DNA from: Leucoraja ocellata
Taxonomy: Eukaryota
NCBI GenBank assembly: GCA_036785375.1
Contig: JAWMAR010000002.1
Span: 10,912,001-10,976,000 of the forward strand
Direction: 5' to 3'
DNA length: 64,000 nucleotides
A program made the translations under genes and the position numbers. The notes under the pieces were generated by a model that saw only the letters and a program-made list of their open reading frames with translations, made no database searches and was not told where the DNA came from. The first letter of the stretch is position 1, and the number at the start of each line of letters is the position of its first letter. Positions 1 to 13,500 of this stretch are shown here, in pieces.

Positions 1-304
1 TGTGCAGCATTCTTCTTTATTTGAATTTTCTAGAAGATCCTGTATATTGTATATCACCTCACTAATGTTTTTATTACTCCCTCTCCACTGCCTTATTCAT
101 CTGCTATTGCATCACTTTCAGGTGGATTATGTGTCGACACCAAGCCTTCACCGCCCTGCTGCAGCTGGCACTGTCACAGCCACACCACAGTCACTCTTGG
201 TCTCCACCCTGTTATAAACATTCCCTTTATTCTTTCTACCCATACCGCATCCTTACAATTTAAAAAATGCCCATTTACTCATAATGTTTTCTTTTGTTCT
301 TGGA

Positions 305-570
305 ATTAAGTTTAGTTTAGCGAATCAGCGTGGAAACAAGCCCTTCGGCCCACTGCCCACCAACGATTCCCCAGTATATTAATTCTATCGTACACATTAA
401 CCTACAAACCTGCACATCTTTGGAATGTGGGAGGAAGCCAGATCACCCACGGAGTAAACCCATGCGGTCACAGGGAGAATGTACAAATTCTGTACAGACA
501 GCACCCATAGTTGGGATCGAACATGGGTCTCTGCTGTTGTAAGGTAGCAACTCTATTGCTATGCCACCCT
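305..570 (-). mobile_element. tRNA-derived SINE (HE1-like)
   Basis: Reverse complement has a tRNA-like head (gtggcatagcaatagag...gttcgatcc) and a (ctaaa)n tail; related copy at about 1495-1760. Confidence 0.65.
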
Positions 571-1494
571 CATTACGTTTTTAACCAAAAAATGTGGAAT
601 ATTTATATTTTCCATAATGTGGAAAGTGATGAAAATCTGGAAGCATAGAAGGCCCCTGAAAAAAATTATGTACATAAAATGCATTGGATAGTACAAAGAA
701 TAAATGTAAAAGCTGATTGGAATTCTGACCTTTACATCCTGTAGGAAGAGTCTAGACCACTCCTGGAGTAAGAGGAGAAATTCGAATCAGCACACTGTAA
801 TGTAGCATTGATTTATCAAAAACTTTTTTAATCAGTTTCCATGTCTCCACAGACGCTTCCTGATCTGTGTATTATTTCCCATATTTTTCAGTTTCTATTT
901 TTGATTTCTGGCATCTGCAGTTTTTGTTTGCTTTTTAGCCTCATTGCTTGTTTTGTTTTAATCATACTGGCATTTGACTATTCCTTGACCAAAAAGCAAG
1001 CAGCTAAAGTTAAAATCATGATCCATGGATGACCACTTGTTATAATTTTCCCAGCATAAAACTCTGTCGATAACCATCACCACAGGGCACCTCATGGCGG
1101 TATGCTCAATCCCCTTCTCTAATATAGAAACATAGAAAAATAGGTGCAGAAGTAGGTCATTTGGCCCTTCGAGCCAGCACCGCCATTCAACATGCCATTT
1201 GCCATTCCCAGCTACAACCTCTCAAATTTTTCAAGTTAGCACTTGTTTTATAATTAATATCATACCACTAAATAGATGCTTTTGATGTTAGAGGAGCAGG
1301 CCGTCAGTGAGATTATAGTTGCTCTTCAACTTATTTCCAGCAGTTATTGGCTTCATGTATTTTTTTTATCACCTTCTGCCAGTAAAATGTCATTCCAAAT
1401 TTAAAATGTTAAATTGTAAAACGGTATCTGATGCTGTTCTGCAAATTGATTTATAATGTATAATTATCTCTGCAAATTGAGGCAGGCATTGCAC

Positions 1495-1760
1495 ATGTTT
1501 AGTTTAGAGATACTATATGGAAACAGGCTTTTCAGCCTATGCTGAGCATCGATCACCTGTTCGCACTAGTTCAATGCTATTCCATTTTCACACCCTCGCC
1601 CTACACACTAGGAACAATTTACAGAGGCCAATTAGCCTACACACCTGCGTATCGTTGGGATGTGGGAGGAAACCAGAGGAAACCAATGCAGTCACATGTA
1701 GGACATGCAAACATTACACAGCCACAGCATCTGAGATCAGGATCGTACCGGGATCATTGA
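1495..1760 (-). mobile_element. tRNA-derived SINE (HE1-like), degraded
   Basis: Shares tgtgggaggaa..cag and the gtttag tail with the 305-570 copy. Confidence 0.6.
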
Positions 1761-2269
1761 ATGCACGTGGCATTCTTCAAATCAGAATCAATGTGGTGGT
1801 TTATAATGTTGCTGTGAATGAAACATTGTTGAATGCACCTTCTTCCAGTCTTGATCTGACATCTTCAGTCCATAAAAATATTTTATGAACTTGAGCAGTT
1901 CTTTTGTTGAATATTTTTATTGTCACCCATGATTGGATCAACCCCGTCTGCAAACTGGATATTTACATTACTTGGTATTTTTTTGAGATTTCTAAATGCA
2001 AATTGTCTGCCAGATTTGGCCAGTTTGGCAATATTCCAAGGAGACTTATTGGTTCAGTAATTTAGTTTAGTTTATTGTCACATGTACTGAGGTACAATAA
2101 TAAGCTTTTTTGTTGCATGCTATCCAGGACCTTCAAACGCTCATCATATGTTAAACCACTCATTCCTGGGATCATTCTCGTAAACTTCTGGACGCTCTCC
2201 GACGCCAGCAACTCCTTCCTCAGACATGGGGCCCAAAATTACAATCTTCAAAGGCATTGTGTTGTATTG

Positions 2270-2712
2270 TGAGCAGCTTTGTGCAGCATACCAGAGGAGG
2301 GATGTGAGAGTGTTCGAGATGGTCTAGAGGAGGTTTACAAGAAGGACAATTAGGTTAACGTACGATGAGCATTTGATGGATCTGAGCCTGCATTCGCTGG
2401 AGTTTACAATGATGAGGGGAAGCCTCATTGAAACTTACCATATAGTGAAAGGCCTGAATAGAGTGGATGTGGAGAAGATGTTTCTACTAGTGGGAGAGTC
2501 TAGGACCTCAGAATAAAAGGACGTACCTTTAGAAAGGAGATGAGGAGGAATTTCTTTATTCTGAGGGTGGTGAATCGGGAATTAATTGCCACAGATGACT
2601 GTGGAGGCCAAGTCATTGGGTATTTCTAAAGCAGAGATTGACAGAATCTTGATTAGTAAGTGTGTCAAAGGTTATACGGAGAAGGCAGGAGATTGAGGTT
2701 GAGAGGGGAAGA
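2270..2712 (+). mobile_element. CR1-type LINE 3' fragment, degraded
   Basis: Similar to the C-terminal ORF2 region of the minus-strand CR1 copies (gagggtggtgaat, gagaaggcaggaga). Confidence 0.75.
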
Positions 2713-2714
2713 TA

Positions 2715-3822
2715 ATAGACAATAGGTGCAGGAGCAGGCCATTTGGCCCTTCTAGCCAGCACCTCCATTCAATGTGATCATGGCTGATCATCCCCAATCA
2801 GCGCCCCGTTCCTGCCTTCTCCCCATATCCCCTGACCCCGCTATTTTTAAGAGCTCTATCTAGCTCTCTCTTGAAAGCATCCAGAGAACCTGCCTCCACT
2901 GCCCTCTGAGGCAGAGAATTCCACAGACTCACCATTCTCTATGAGAAAAAGTGTTTCCTCGTCTCCATTCTAAATGGCTTACTCCTTATTCTTAAACTGT
3001 GGCCCCTGTTTCTGGACTCCCCCAACATTGGGAACATGTTTCCTACCTCTAGTGTGTCCAAGCCCTTAACAATCTTATATGTTTCAAGGAGATCTCCTCT
3101 CATCCTTCTAAATTCCAGAGTGTACAAACCCAGCTTCTCCATTCTCTCAGCATATGACAGTCCCACCATCCCGGGAATTAACCTTGAAAACCTACGCTGC
3201 ACTCCCTCAATAGCAAGAATGTCCTTCCTCAAATTAGGGGACCAAAACTGCACACAATACTCCAGGTGTGGTCTTAGGGCTCTGTACAACTGCAGAAGGA
3301 CCTCTTTGCTCCTATATTCGATTCCTCTTGTTATAAAGGCCATTCGCTTTCTTCACTGCATGCTTACTTTCATAGACTGATGTACAAGGACCCCCAGATC
3401 CCGTTGTTCTTCCCCTTTTCCCAACTTGACGCCATTTAGATAGTAATCTGCCTTCCTGTTTTTGCTACTAAAGTGGATAACATCACATTTATCCGCATTA
3501 AACTTCATCAGCCATTTATCTGCCCACTCCCCCAACCCGTCCATCTTACCCTGCATTCTCATAGCATCCTCCTCACAGTTCACACTACCACCCAGCTTTG
3601 TGTCATCTACAAATTTGTTAATGTTACTTTGAATCCCTTCATCCAAATCATTGATGTATATTGTAAATAGCTGCTGTCCCAGCACTGAGCCTTGCGGTAC
3701 CCCACTAGTCACTGCCTGCCATTCTGAAAGGGACCCGTTAATCCCAACTCTTTGTTTCCTGTCTGCCAACCACTTCTCTATCCATGTCAGCACTCTATCC
3801 CCAATACCATGTGCCCTAAGTT
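2715..3822 (-). mobile_element. CR1-type LINE, 5'-truncated, reverse transcriptase with frameshift
   Basis: ORFs 3353-3832 (SGVPQGSVLG, FVDD) and 2939-3343 (RPHLEYCVQFWSP). Confidence 0.92.
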
Positions 3823-4043
3823 TGCCTTTCAATTTCTACACACATTTTTGATTTGTTTGTTTTAAGTCTCGCTGCTACCTCACTGCTGCCAGGAAGTCTG
3901 TGGATATGTTGCATCTGTGTTGGATCCTACATTGTGTCTTAATTTTTTACATTCATATTTTTTTAATTCCAATGTTGCCTTTTTAGCATCAATGCTAATT
4001 ATTTATCCATCTCCCCTTTGTTTAGGTCCTTCCAAAGGACTTT

Positions 4044-4437
4044 CATAGAAACATAGAAACATAGAAAATACGTAGGTGCAGGCGTGGGCCATTCGGCCCT
4101 TCAAGCCTGCACCGCCATTCAATATGATCATGGCTGATCATCCAACTCAGTATCCTGTACCTGCCTTCTCTCCATAACCCCTGATCCCTTTAGCCACAAG
4201 GGCCACATCTAATTCCCTCTTAAATATAGCCAATGAACTGGCCTCAACTACCTTCTGTGGCAGAGAATTCCAGAGATTCACCACTCTCTGTGTGAAAAAT
4301 GTTTTCCTCATCTCGGTCCTAAAAGATTTCCCCCTTATCCTTAAACTGTGACCCCTTGTTCTGGACTTCCCCAACACCGGGAACAATCTTCCTGCATCTA
4401 GCCTGTCCAACCCCTTAAGAATTTTGTAAGTTTTCAT
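4044..4437 (-). mobile_element. CR1-type LINE 3' end with (tttctatg)n tail
   Basis: ORF 4147-4437 (FTQRVVNLWNSLP); nearly identical to the 3' part of the copy at 16147-16972. Confidence 0.9.
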
Positions 4438-4787
4438 ACTGCACCATGTAATGTGTGGCTTTGTCTGGTACTTATAGCTGAAGTTATATTTGTAAATTGT
4501 TTATGTGTATGTGTATAAAGAGTGCTTTTAATACTACTACTCTTACCATATTTTTCTCACAATTTTTAATATCACATGTGACACTAGCATCTCACGATTG
4601 TTGTCATCATTTATTGTCATAAATTTTATAGTCCCTAATCTTTGCTATGAATTCCTTTATCATGTTTTAATTGTTTTTTTTTGTGGTATTGAAGTGCAGC
4701 CGTACCACCCCTTTTAGTCCTTTCTACTGTTGTGTTTTGATTTCAGTGAAGATTTTGGTTATAGACTGGTTGAAATAGATTGGTTAT

Positions 4788-5351
4788 AGGGGCTGTCCCA
4801 TTGTGGCGACCTAATTGGCGAGTTTAGGAGAGTTAAATAAAAAAAGTCATGTAGAAGACCTCCTTCAACTATGTAGAAGACCTCCTTCGACCTCTTTCGA
4901 ATATGTTAGCTTCGGCTAGAATGACTAGCTTCGGCTAGCTACGACTAGCTACAACTAACTTCAGACACCAAATAGTGGAGCGTGAGACGACCTCCTTCGA
5001 TGCACTTTGACCTCCCTTCAACCTCCCTTCATCTATGATGAAGACTATCTACGACTACCTTTGATTACCTTTGACGACCCTCGATTACCTACGATTAACG
5101 TGCCGACCTACTACGACTAAACCTACGAGTAAAAAAGTATCGATTTTTTCCATGGCGACCTTTTTTTACACACGGGCATGTTGAAAAATACGCCACGACC
5201 TAGCTGAGGCCTTGAGTACACAGGGACTACTCTCGAGCATGAGGGAGGGTTACAAAGACCTCCTAGGACCTCGTGTCGACCATGCTGCGAGTATGAGTCG
5301 AGGGCAAACTCGCCAGCTCACGGATTAGGTCGTCCAAGTGGGACAGGCCCT
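4788..5351. mobile_element. Non-autonomous PIF/Harbinger-type MITE
   Basis: TIRs AGGGGCTGTCCCA / TGGGACAGGCCCT, flanks TAT/TAA; internal cgacta/cgacct repeats; 3' third shared with 28269-28848. Confidence 0.75.
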
Positions 5352-5383
5352 TAAATCTTTTCTGTGACATAGAAATAGATTAA

Positions 5384-6084
5384 AGGGCCTGTCCCACTTA
5401 TGTGTCCTTGGCATGCAAATTACGCGACCTCGTAGTCGCGTTGAGCCGAGACGGTCGAGCGAAGGTCTGGCCCGATTACATGTGTACGCACAGCGTCTGG
5501 AGCGCGTGACGTCATTTGAAGATGGACATAAAGCTGGAGTAACTCAGTGGGACCCGCAGCATCTCTGGAGAGAAGGAATGGGTGACGTTTCGTATCGAGA
5601 CTCTTCGGTCTGAAAAGAAGGGTCTTGACCCGAAACATCACCCATTGCTTCTCTCCAGAGATGCTGCTGGTCCCGCTGAGTTACTCCTGCATTTTGTGTC
5701 TATCTTCAATTTTCTTGGCCCCGCTCTGGGAGTAGAAGTGGGGGCGGATCTGGACCGCAACGGCCGTGAGCCCCAGGCCGAGCTCGGCGATCGTTTGCCT
5801 GCTTCTGCTGCTGTTGAAGGTGAGACGTTGCGTCGCGCCACGGTCTTGGGCCTGTCCCACTTTTGGCCGTCAGTTCCGCGACAGGCCGTTGGCGCGCGAA
5901 GATTTAGTTCACTGCAAAAATTTCGGAGCCCCGTGCCATGTCGAGACTGGCCCCGCACAACTCCATACCCCTCCGCGCTTCTAAGTGGGACCGGCCCCGC
6001 GCGGCCATACGGTGCCCGTACGCCTCAAGCGACCACGAGGTCACGTAATTTGCGAGCCAAGGACTCGTAAGTGGGACAGGCCCC
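5384..6084. mobile_element. Non-autonomous PIF/Harbinger-type MITE carrying an internal Penelope-derived palindrome
   Basis: TIRs (A/G)GGGCCTGTCCCACTTA, TAA on both sides; GC/CpG-rich interior. Confidence 0.8.
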
Positions 6085-7473
6085 TAACTCTTCCTTCCAC
6101 TGTGTATTCACTTTCTAAATCTGCTTGCCCCAGTGTCAATATGGGTAATAGTCCTCAAGTCAGTACTCGCAAGGTTCTGCTGTTTTATTTGGTTCCTAGC
6201 TCGTAATACCATTTTGCTAGATCTTCAAGTTCTATGCTCGTTAGATCCTACAAACTCTTCACCTTTACTTTCCAAGATGCTTATCAGGCATTTCTTCTCT
6301 TGTAACCTGGTAACCTTTGGGATGCTGCTATTTTCTGTAAAGAACTTGTGCGTCATTCATAAAACAGCGTGACTCATATGTTTTGTTGAATAGGATTTCA
6401 AAAAAACAACACACCCCATGTGCGTGACTGTGCAGGCATAGCTATCAAAATATTGCGTGTTACCACCCAATACCATGAAATAATTATCAGTTAGACAAAA
6501 TCTGACTGAATACAATTAATTCCATTTGACTAGATTACCTTTGGAGTAGAGGAAGTGTTTATTCTATGAAAGGTGTGCACTGTTGCCTGTGAATAGTATC
6601 TAAAAGTTGACTCAATACACCTGCTGTGAAGAGATTACTCTGATAAAATGTTTTCACACAGGTACAGATTAAATCTGTGGGTTTTTCAAAAACCCAGATT
6701 TGTGTGTAAAAGTCTTTAACCTTGAATTTACAGTTAAACATGAAAATTAGTTTAACAAGACTTCGAAAATTATATTTTTTCAGAATTTGGGGCTTGCAGT
6801 TATTGGAACTGGGATACCTAGATGTCTTACCTTCTAATATTTTATCAGAAATGTCATGAGGCTTTCAGTGATAAATAATGAAAAGAGAAAGTACTGATCC
6901 TTTGTCAAGGACAAGGCCTACCATTGAAGACAATATGAAAAGTATCTATGTAATGCAGGAAATGTTTATGACAGTGAAGTGAATTCTAATGTACTGAGTG
7001 TCAACAAGAATCGATAGAGGCTACCAGCTCAGAAACAATTTTACTTTCAAATGTATCTGTAGTTACAACTGCATATCCTTGCAGCGGTGTTGTGAGATTA
7101 ATGCAGCAATGCTGAGATGATGTTTCACAGTGAATGTGCAGTAAAATAATTTCAGAGCAAAGTCGACCGCAGCTATACCAGTCCTTTTTATCTAGTAATC
7201 ACTTTCATTCCTTGGTTGCTAGTTTTTGCAGAGTAATGCCCAAATCAATTACTCTACAATAAATCCAGACTTCATATTGAGATGAATGTTTTGCATTAAG
7301 CATTATGATAAGCAGTCAAATAAATCAGATCCAATCTATAACACATTATTATATACTGTAGCTCTAATAAAGAATAGAATTGATTATTTCTGTGAATTTC
7401 GTATAATAATATTTGGACCTGGAATATTCTTGATTTAAAACACGCCATGATATAAATCTAGCAGTATACAAGG

Positions 7474-7760
7474 GGAACAGTAGTACAGTGATATTACTGG
7501 GTTAGTGATCTGGTGGCCTGAAGTAAAGATCTAAAAATATGACTTTCAATCCCAAGCCGCAGTTGATTAAATAAACTGGCATTAAAAAAGCTAGTATCAT
7601 TCATGGTGATTGTTATAAAACCCATCTAATTTGTAATGACTTTTATGGTGGACAAGCCTTTTAACTGTCCCTTCCTAATCTTGCATAAAATTGGCTCCAA
7701 ATTCACAACAACGTCGATTACTCTTACTAACTTCTGAAATTGCTTAATGAGTTATTTCAA
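7474..7760 (+). mobile_element. Degraded tRNA-type SINE, related to the copy at about 62008-62385
   Basis: Shared blocks tattactg and aataaa-ctgg..ttaaaaa(a)gct. Confidence 0.5.
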
Positions 7761-8934
7761 ATCATGATGAGCATGGAACACTTTTCTATCATTCCTCTGT
7801 CAAAGAAAAACTGAACCCAATCAGTAAAGAAGTACTTTCAACGAAGAAAAACTAAGGTTAAATCCTGGCATACTATGTACATTTAACAAAAAGTGTCCAT
7901 CTCTCAATCAATATGAATGTTTTACATCAGATGAATGGTTTAACTATGGCAGTTTCTGTAGATTGGGATTTGTGCCCCTTTTCATAGCTGTGCAGACCTG
8001 TGTTCATTAATCACTCTGATCACTGAATATATTGCAATGTAGGGTAAACTCCAGTGGAACGTGCACTGGGCACGTATCACACACATTTGCTACATGCCTC
8101 ATCTGTCTCTGGGTTTGGTTTTTGTATACGTGAAGCAGGATGCATTGTCAAGTACCGATTAATAATCTTTAATTCAGATCTTGAGTGCAAATGACAAACA
8201 AAGTTCTCACATTTGTTTCATTGTTCAAGCATCACATGAGCCCCTTGCATTACTCATATATTTCTGCTATCAAAGTTTCTCATCTAATGTTGTCTGAATT
8301 ACATTTTTGAAGCTTACCTGAGATCTGCTGTAATCAGATTGCTCACTTATAATGAGGTGATGCTAGTTATTTGTCCAGACAAGTTGAAGGATAATCAGTC
8401 TTGGTCATCGTGCATTTTGCTTAGTCATTCATTTGAACTGTAACTAATCATGCAATGTCATATTGTGGTGAAATACTAGACCACAAATATGCCCCCATTT
8501 TTAGTTGACGTGCAAGTCCCCGCCAAATTGATTACGATGTTGTAGAATTCTACATCTAAATGATAAATTGACTAAAATATTGAGTAGGGTTATGCTGTGT
8601 AAAATTCTGTTAAAAGTTCTACCTCTTACAAAAACCAGCCCAGTTTTCAACTCCCAGCTACCATTCCATCTATTGAAGCCTTTTACCTTGTTGGCAGTTT
8701 TGTTTGCAGTTATTCCTGTTGTGTATGGTTTACAAAAGTATGTAAACAAAGTTAATCAAACAGGAGATACAAGAGACTGCAGATCCTGGAATGTGGAGCA
8801 AGAAACAAACTGTTGGAGGAACTCAACGAGTGAAGCAACTTCTGTGTGAGTCAAAGGAATGGTCCAAGACCCTGCATCATTCAAACAATACTGAACAAGA
8901 GTACAGGGACTGATGGTTTTGTGCAGAGGAAATG

Positions 8935-9850
8935 CTGTATCACACATCTGAAGTTTTTGAGAAGATAACTAAAATGTTGATGTAGGCAGGGTGGTGAACG
9001 CAGTTCAGATGAACAGATTTTATTGTTCATTGTTTCGTAAGTCTTTTGACAAAGCCCTGCTGATATGCTGGCTCAGAAGGTAGGGCAACATGTTTGGCAA
9101 ATTGGATCCAACATTTTCTTGGTGGTAGGAGGCAGAGGTGGTGGCTGAGGGGTGTGTTTCTCACTGGAAGTCTGTAATCAGTGGTGTACCACAGAGAATA
9201 GTGCTGGGAACATTGTTGTTTGTCATAATATAGAAATTATTTAAATGAGGTGGTTTGATTCATAAGTTTGTGGATGATATCAAAATTGGTGGAGTAATAC
9301 ATAGCAAAGGAGGTTTTGAAAATGTTCAGAAGGATGTACATCAGTTGGAAAATGGGGCAGTGTAATGGCAGATTAAATTTACTCCATACAGGTGTATGAT
9401 AATGTATTGTGGGAGATCAAATACTAACAGAATATAATCAGTAAATATGTTGTGTCGGTTTCCAGAGGGACCTTGCGGAGCAAGTTCAAATCTCTGAAAA
9501 TGGGAGATACAGGTGGATAATAGTGAAAGCATTTGGCACCTTCATAAGGTGTAAATGTTGGGATATCATGTTGCAACTGTTAAAACATTGGTTAGACCAC
9601 TTGTGGAATATTGTGTAAAGTTCTGGTTCCCACTGTACAAGAAGGACGTGGTAGTAGTAGACAAAGTGCTGAAGAAATTCACCAAGATGTTTCCTGCAAT
9701 GGAGGGTTATAATTATAAGGAAAGATCGGATAGGCTAAATTTATTCTCACTGACACATAGGAGGCTGAGAGGTGATCCATGGAGAGGATTTGAAAATTAT
9801 GTGGCCCATAGATAGGGTCGATAGTTATTGTCCATTTCTGAGAGCAGGGG
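8935..9850 (+). mobile_element. Old CR1-type LINE RT fragment
   Basis: Degenerate SGVPQ.. and FVDD; ORF 9555-9815 (LVRPLVEYCVKFWFP). Confidence 0.8.
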
Positions 9851-11334
9851 AGGCTAGAAATAAAGTGACTCTAGCATTTTGTGTCTTATCTATAAATCAG
9901 CTTCTGCAGTTCCTTCCTGCACACTCTATCATTATGGAAGAGTTGGATTGAAGGGGCTATTTCTGTGCTGTACAACTGGCTCTGTTTTATGATACACATG
10001 TTGGATTCATCAAAAATGTACTGTAATCAAGTCCTTGTGGGAATAATGCAACAACCCCGCTAATTCGTGGCTGCTCATACGGAAATAACTTATTTTGGGC
10101 ATGGTATTGAGAATCTTGAATCCATGCATTGGGAGCATACAGAAGGCAATCACACCCACCAGCCACATGCTCGCATTATCAGGCGCCTCCTTCTCCATCT
10201 GTGGAGGAGTGCAGTTTCCAAAGAGGTTTCGTGAGTTCAGAGGTGGTTGATAATGTGGGAGTGGAAGCAAAATGTTGAAAATATTCACCCAGTCAGTCTG
10301 CATCTGCAGGAACATTGAAGGCCTTTTGCCGAATCTTGGAATGAACCCAATATGACTAGGATAATCAGATCTTTGAAAGAATCCTTTAGGCTTCTCACAC
10401 ATTTATGCATGTGACAATTCCATGTTGGATAGTGGCAATCAAAATACACAAAAATCTAAGAAGAGAATGAAACTCAGCAGTGATTATGTCATAGGTCTCA
10501 ACAATGAGACAACCATACTGCTCAGGTAGTAGTGGTTCTGGAACAATTTGATAAAACATCAGGGAAAAACTCTTGAGATTGATTCAAATCCTTCTATTGT
10601 GATAAAGCCCAAGGTGTGTGAGTCATGCATTCTTAGTGGCTATTGTCTAACTGTGTAAGTTTTAAGTGAAAGTCTTCTTTGCATTTCTGCATTGCGACCT
10701 TTACTTTTGATAATTTCAGAAGTTGACCTCAAGGTAGATCTGTATTGTGCCACGTGATGTCGCTGCTACGGTATTGATGATCTGTGATCATTTAACTTTT
10801 GTTTAATGGTGACAGTGTGCCGATGCTGTCTTTGTTGCTTCTTCAATTTATTTTGTAGGGTTGGGCTGTATGAGTAGTATGACTTTGTATTTCAGTCTGT
10901 TTTTATTAGAACTAAGAGGTTCATCTCTTCTCATTCACGGATCAAGGAGCTTCCCCATTAGAAGCCCCGTGATGAACTGTGATCTGCCAACTTTGGCTTC
11001 TTGTGGTCATTTACAAACATACTGCTCGTCAGATTGACAATTTACTACACACAACAGGCAATTTACTACACACACTACTACACATAATCGTTTTTTTTTC
11101 CCAGATAGAAGTGTTCATTTATTACCATCAGTGGACTGCAGCATTTAATCATTACTTTTTCCAGGTGAGAGAAACATCATTCATATCACAAAATATGTTT
11201 ACATAAAATAATTTATATACCTGAGCACAAAGCCAGGGTTGGACCAGAATATTATTTCAATGTTTTCAAATGGAACGTAACTGTATTAGAGGAGAATTTT
11301 ACTCATTCATTTTAAGGAGCTGAAATACTATCAT

Positions 11335-12050
11335 TTATTGCCCATTCCTATTTGCTCTTGAGAAGATGGTGGAAAACTGTATTATTGAACCACTGCGGTC
11401 CTTCTGATGGAGGTATTCCCACAGTGCTGTTGAGGAAAGAGTTCCAGGATTTAGACCCAGTGACATTTAAGGGCTGGTGATATGCTTCCAAGCCAGGAGT
11501 ATGTGTGACTTGGAGGGGAACCTACAGGCAATGATGTTCCCATGTATTTGTTATCCTTGTCCAAATCGCTGGTAAAAGCTGTGGGCTTGGTTGGTGCTGT
11601 GGATTAGCCGCAGTGCATTTTATAGTTTAGTGCACATTGCAGCTACTGTGCATTAGCAGTGGTTGTTTATGAGCATTTTAAATGTTTATAGTGATTGATG
11701 GAGTGTCAGCTAAGAAGTCTAGTTTCTTCAGGATAGTATTGACTTTCTTGAGAGTTGTTGATGTTGCTTTCATCCAGCCAAATAGCGAATATTCTCTCAT
11801 TCTCCTATGTGCCTTTGAAAAGGTGGAATAGCAAGATGGTGTTAGGAAGTGAGTCAATCACCGCAGATATCCAGCCTCTGATCTGTTATTATTATTCAGT
11901 TGCTGGTCCAATCGAGTTTCTAGTGAGTGGCGAGACCCCAGGATATCTGGTGGGAGACTTGGCAATAGTAATGTCATTGAATGTTAAATGAAGATGATTA
12001 GATGCTCTCTTACTTGAGATGGTCATTGCCTAGCATTTTGTGGGAACCAG
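11335..12050 (-). mobile_element. Old non-LTR retrotransposon 3' fragment; related plus-strand piece at about 19700-19860
   Basis: Reverse complement contains tgggaacatcattgcctgtaggttcccct, matching tgggaacagcaccatctggaggttcccct at 19732; decayed RT C-terminus. Confidence 0.55.
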
Positions 12051-12378
12051 CCACCTATCAGAAATTAAATTGCGGGCTAAGAGAGATGGTGGTACGGCAA
12101 AGCTTGTTGTCATCAGTGGATTGAAGGTTGATTAATGGACAGAAAAAGTAGGAGTAAATAGGTCATTGTGCCAAGCAAAAAACAAACTTCTGGAGGAACT
12201 CATTGGGGCCGGCAGCATTTGTGGTGGGAAATGAACAGTTGATGTTTCATGTTGATGCCCTTTCTCTGAACTGAACCAAGCTACCCCAGGTATCTCCAGG
12301 CCGGGACCCCCAATACTGACGCTGCTAGGTCCCACCAATCTTCCATTACCACTTATCTCATCACACGCCCCTACACGT

Positions 12379-12460
12379 ATAATAATAATAATAATAATAA
12401 TCTTTATTTATATAGCACTTTTCAACAAAACCAGTATTTGAACCAAAGTGCTTTACAGAG
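12379..12460 (-). repeat. L2-type 3' end with (tta)n tail
   Basis: Reverse complement tgtaaagcactttgg...aaaagtgctatataaataaagattattatta. Confidence 0.6.
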
Positions 12461-12859
12461 TTTGATTAAATTAATAGAACAGACCAAATGTCAATATATC
12501 CATACAAAAACAAAAAAGAGAAAAAAGAAAAAAAGACACAGAACAGTACACTATAGAAATCAACATGAAACGTCCCCCCACAGCAGAATTCACTGTGAGG
12601 GAAGGCACTAAAAATATCCAGTTCTCCCCCTCATAGTCCACCCGAGGTCGGGGTCTATATGTGGCCTCCTTAGCCAACTCGATGTTCTCAGGCCCTCTGC
12701 CGCGAAGCTGGATCATCGGCGTCGGGTGAACATTCTTCAGCGGCCAGGACTGAAGCAGCCGCCTCCTCCCTGAAGACTGCAATCTCATCGACCATCCCAA
12801 ACTCCTGCCTCTTCTATGATTCCCCTTCTCCAACCATTCTGTCACCCCTGAATACTCCC

Positions 12860-13500
12860 CCTCCATTTCCTACCATCTGCGTCATGTCTGACCCGCGTTT
12901 GCACATCCTACCTGGACTCCCAACTCTTGCTGAGTGGCCTGTCCTCAGCAGGAGCTTCATTTCTGAACCACTGCACCCACATCTCAATGAGTTCCAGGCC
13001 CGCCATGGCACTTCTTTGGGAAGAAGTCCTATCTCCACCCCCCCCCCCCCTGGACACCGCGTGCTCCCTCTCCAGTGACATGCGAGCACGGACGTGGGGC
13101 CCGGAAGAGGGGCAGGCAGCGGGTGATCGATGGTCACACCAGTCGACTGTCCAGGTGGACGCTTGTGGGGGTGATTGGCTCCGGGGGGCGCTGATGCCCC
13201 CAGATCTAGTGTGCTTAATCTCTTCTCATACAACAAATGAACCATTCCAGGAATCAATCCTGCAAACATTCTCCTGGACCTGCAAATGGCCAGGCCCAGG
13301 AGCAAACCGACTGGGAGATCCCCCCCCCACTCCCTGCCTTGTGTCCAAACATCAGAACTTGAGGAGCAGCCCCTTCCAATATTCCTACAGGGCAGCAACC
13401 TCACACACTCCATATACACGTGGAACACTGTCTCTACCTTGCTGCAGAAAATCAAGAGGTCGGCGAGCCCATGAACTGGCCCTGTGCAACACTCTCCACC
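12860..13500 (-). mobile_element. Tx1/L1-like ORF2 fragments with an embedded CR1-like piece
   Basis: ORF 12814-13455 begins FCSKVETVFHVYMECVRL (CCHC-type C-terminal motif); LIPGMVHLLYEKRL is CR1-like. Confidence 0.5.

Noticed and set aside
305-570. tRNA gene
   Set aside because: Only a decayed SINE head; no complete cloverleaf.
4850-5130. Short repeated units resembling a CRISPR or satellite array
   Set aside because: Irregular degenerate 6-20 bp motifs inside a MITE; no constant repeat with unique spacers, and the DNA is eukaryotic.
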